This document shows, one piece after another, positions 62,220 through 64,000 of a stretch of 64,000 bases of DNA (position 1 is its first letter; each line of letters opens with the position of its first letter). The stretch comes from the human T2T-CHM13v2.0 reference genome, Homo sapiens, in the NCBI RefSeq assembly GCF_009914755.1, contig NC_060925.1, one strand, 5' to 3'. The notes below the pieces were generated by a model. That model was not told where the DNA came from, made no database searches, and saw only the letters and a list, made by a program, of their open reading frames with translations. The position numbers and the translations under genes are program-made.

Positions 62220-62993
62220 GTAAATGTTGCCTTAAAAGGAAGAACTTCTTTTTCTTGATTATAAAAGTAATTCATCATTGCAAAGAAATCTTAAAATCTA
62301 GAAAAAGATGAAGGAAATTAAGATCATCCAAGTCACACTATCTGGAGTGAGTCTCTGGAAAATTTTAAAATATATCTTTTTGTTTTCTTCCACTTGAACA
62401 TGTCCATGGTTCTAGGCCGGGCACAGTGGCTCATGCCTGTAATCTTAGCACTTTGGGAGGCCAAGGCGGGCGGATCACTTGAGGCCAGGAGTTTGAGACC
62501 AGCCTGGCCATGGCGAAACTTCGTCTCTACTAAAAAAAAAAAAAAAAAGCTGGGAATGGTGGTGCATGCCTATCGTTCCAGCTACTCCAGAGGCTGAGTC
62601 ACGAGAATCACTTGAACCTGGGAGGAGGAGAGGTTGCAGTGAGCGGAGATCATCCACTGCACTCCAGGCTGGGTGACAGAGGGAAACTCTGTCTCAAAAA
62701 AAAAGATTATATGAAAACACTCTGCTTCTCTGCTTTTGTGATTTTGTTCCAGTTCTCTTTACATGGAATGTCCTCCTTCCTCATCTCTACTTGTCAAAAT
62801 TCACTGGATTTTTTTTCAAAGTCTAAAAAATATGAAACAAATGTAGCAAAATTTTAACATTTGTCAAATCTGGATGGTGGACAACTGTTTTCTGTATATT
62901 TGAATTATTTTGTAATATGAACATTTAATGTACGTGGTCAAATAATTATTGAATTGAACTATTTGTGAATCCTGTAGTTTTTCTTTAATTTAG

Positions 62994-63122
62994 GAGAAAA
63001 TGGATAACCAAGAATATAAGGATGCATACAAATTTGCGGCAGATGTTAGATTAATGTTCATGAATTGCTACAAGTACAATCCTCCAGATCACGAAGTTGT
63101 GACAATGGCAAGAATGCTTCAG
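62994..63122 (+). CDS. BRDT: BRDT exon 7, aa 324-366, BD2 including conserved Asn352
   Basis: atttag|GAG AAA ATG ... CTT CAG|gtgagc; encodes [43 protein letters not shown]; 129 nt. Confidence 0.97.
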
Positions 63123-63229
63123 GTGAGCTGTTACTTGTGCTCTGAAGGTGTTTTTCCTCTGAACATAGTTGAAACGTTTTTTAGAACCATAATGTAAGAG
63201 ATAAAGAATAATAACTCCTACACCTCTAA

Positions 63230-63270
63230 GTATTAAATGGCAAAAACCACAATTACTTTTGCACCAACAA
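63230..63270. mobile_element. Half MADE1 (Hsmar1-derived MITE), one terminal arm only
   Basis: AATGGCAAAAACCACAATTACTTTTGCACCAAC. Confidence 0.75.
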
Positions 63271-63610
63271 AACAGTTTATGAATTATACTTTTAAAACTG
63301 AGAGGGTTGTGTGTTTTGTTTCGTTTTGTTTTTTTGAGTTCTTGCATCCTTTAGTAGCGAATCTTTTTATGAAGCTGCCCTGCATACAAAGGACACTGGG
63401 GAAATATTAGTGAAGAGGGGATGTAGATAGATGATATATAGGGTTGACTAGAGCCCATGTCCCACTGAGGGGACAGTCTAAATGGCTGCAGGTAATAGAA
63501 TGATCTACCAACTACAGGGCCCTTGAAAGAAGATCCCCTGTGCTGGCCCGGCGCGGTGGCTCACGCCTGTAATCCCAGCACTTTGGGAGGCCGAGGCGGG
63601 TGGATCACTA

Positions 63611-63870
<260 letters not shown>

Positions 63871-64000
63871 TTACTTGAGAGGTCTATCTTGCCTGAAAAA
63901 AATGGAGAAAAGTTGGTAAGTTTGGCAGGCAGAGAAGCATGAGTCTTTTTTTTTTTTTTGAGATGGAGTTTCGTTCTTGTTGCCCAGGCTGGAGTGTAGT

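Noticed and set aside
63230-63270. Possible miR-548-type hairpin from MADE1
   Set aside because: Only one arm is present, so no palindrome can fold.

Overview
This window is human genomic DNA; a human-specific AluYg6 is present. It covers about 34 kb of repeat-dense intergenic sequence followed by the 5' half of BRDT (testis-specific BET bromodomain gene, + strand). The BRDT part includes the CpG-rich promoter and non-coding exon 1 at ~34.2-34.55 kb, plus six coding exons (47598-63122) encoding aa 1-366 (BD1, linker and most of BD2); the gene continues past the window. Nearly all other ORFs in the track are Alu or L1 artefacts. The most unusual structures are retroelement-derived. (1) An ~8.9 kb ERVL-type (MER21-like) element has the anatomy of an mRNA rather than a provirus (R-U5-internal-U3-R, poly(A), long TSD), consistent with an L1-mobilised processed ERV splitting an MLT1 LTR. 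(2) An intronic Alu encloses, inside its TSDs, ~60 nt that match the 3' flank of another Alu 43 kb upstream within that ERV. (3) A twin-primed, 5'-inverted L1 retains visible primer microhomology. (4) Several splice, uORF and inverted-Alu features could tune BRDT BD1 output. Repeat family names come from recalled consensus sequences, not from a database search.
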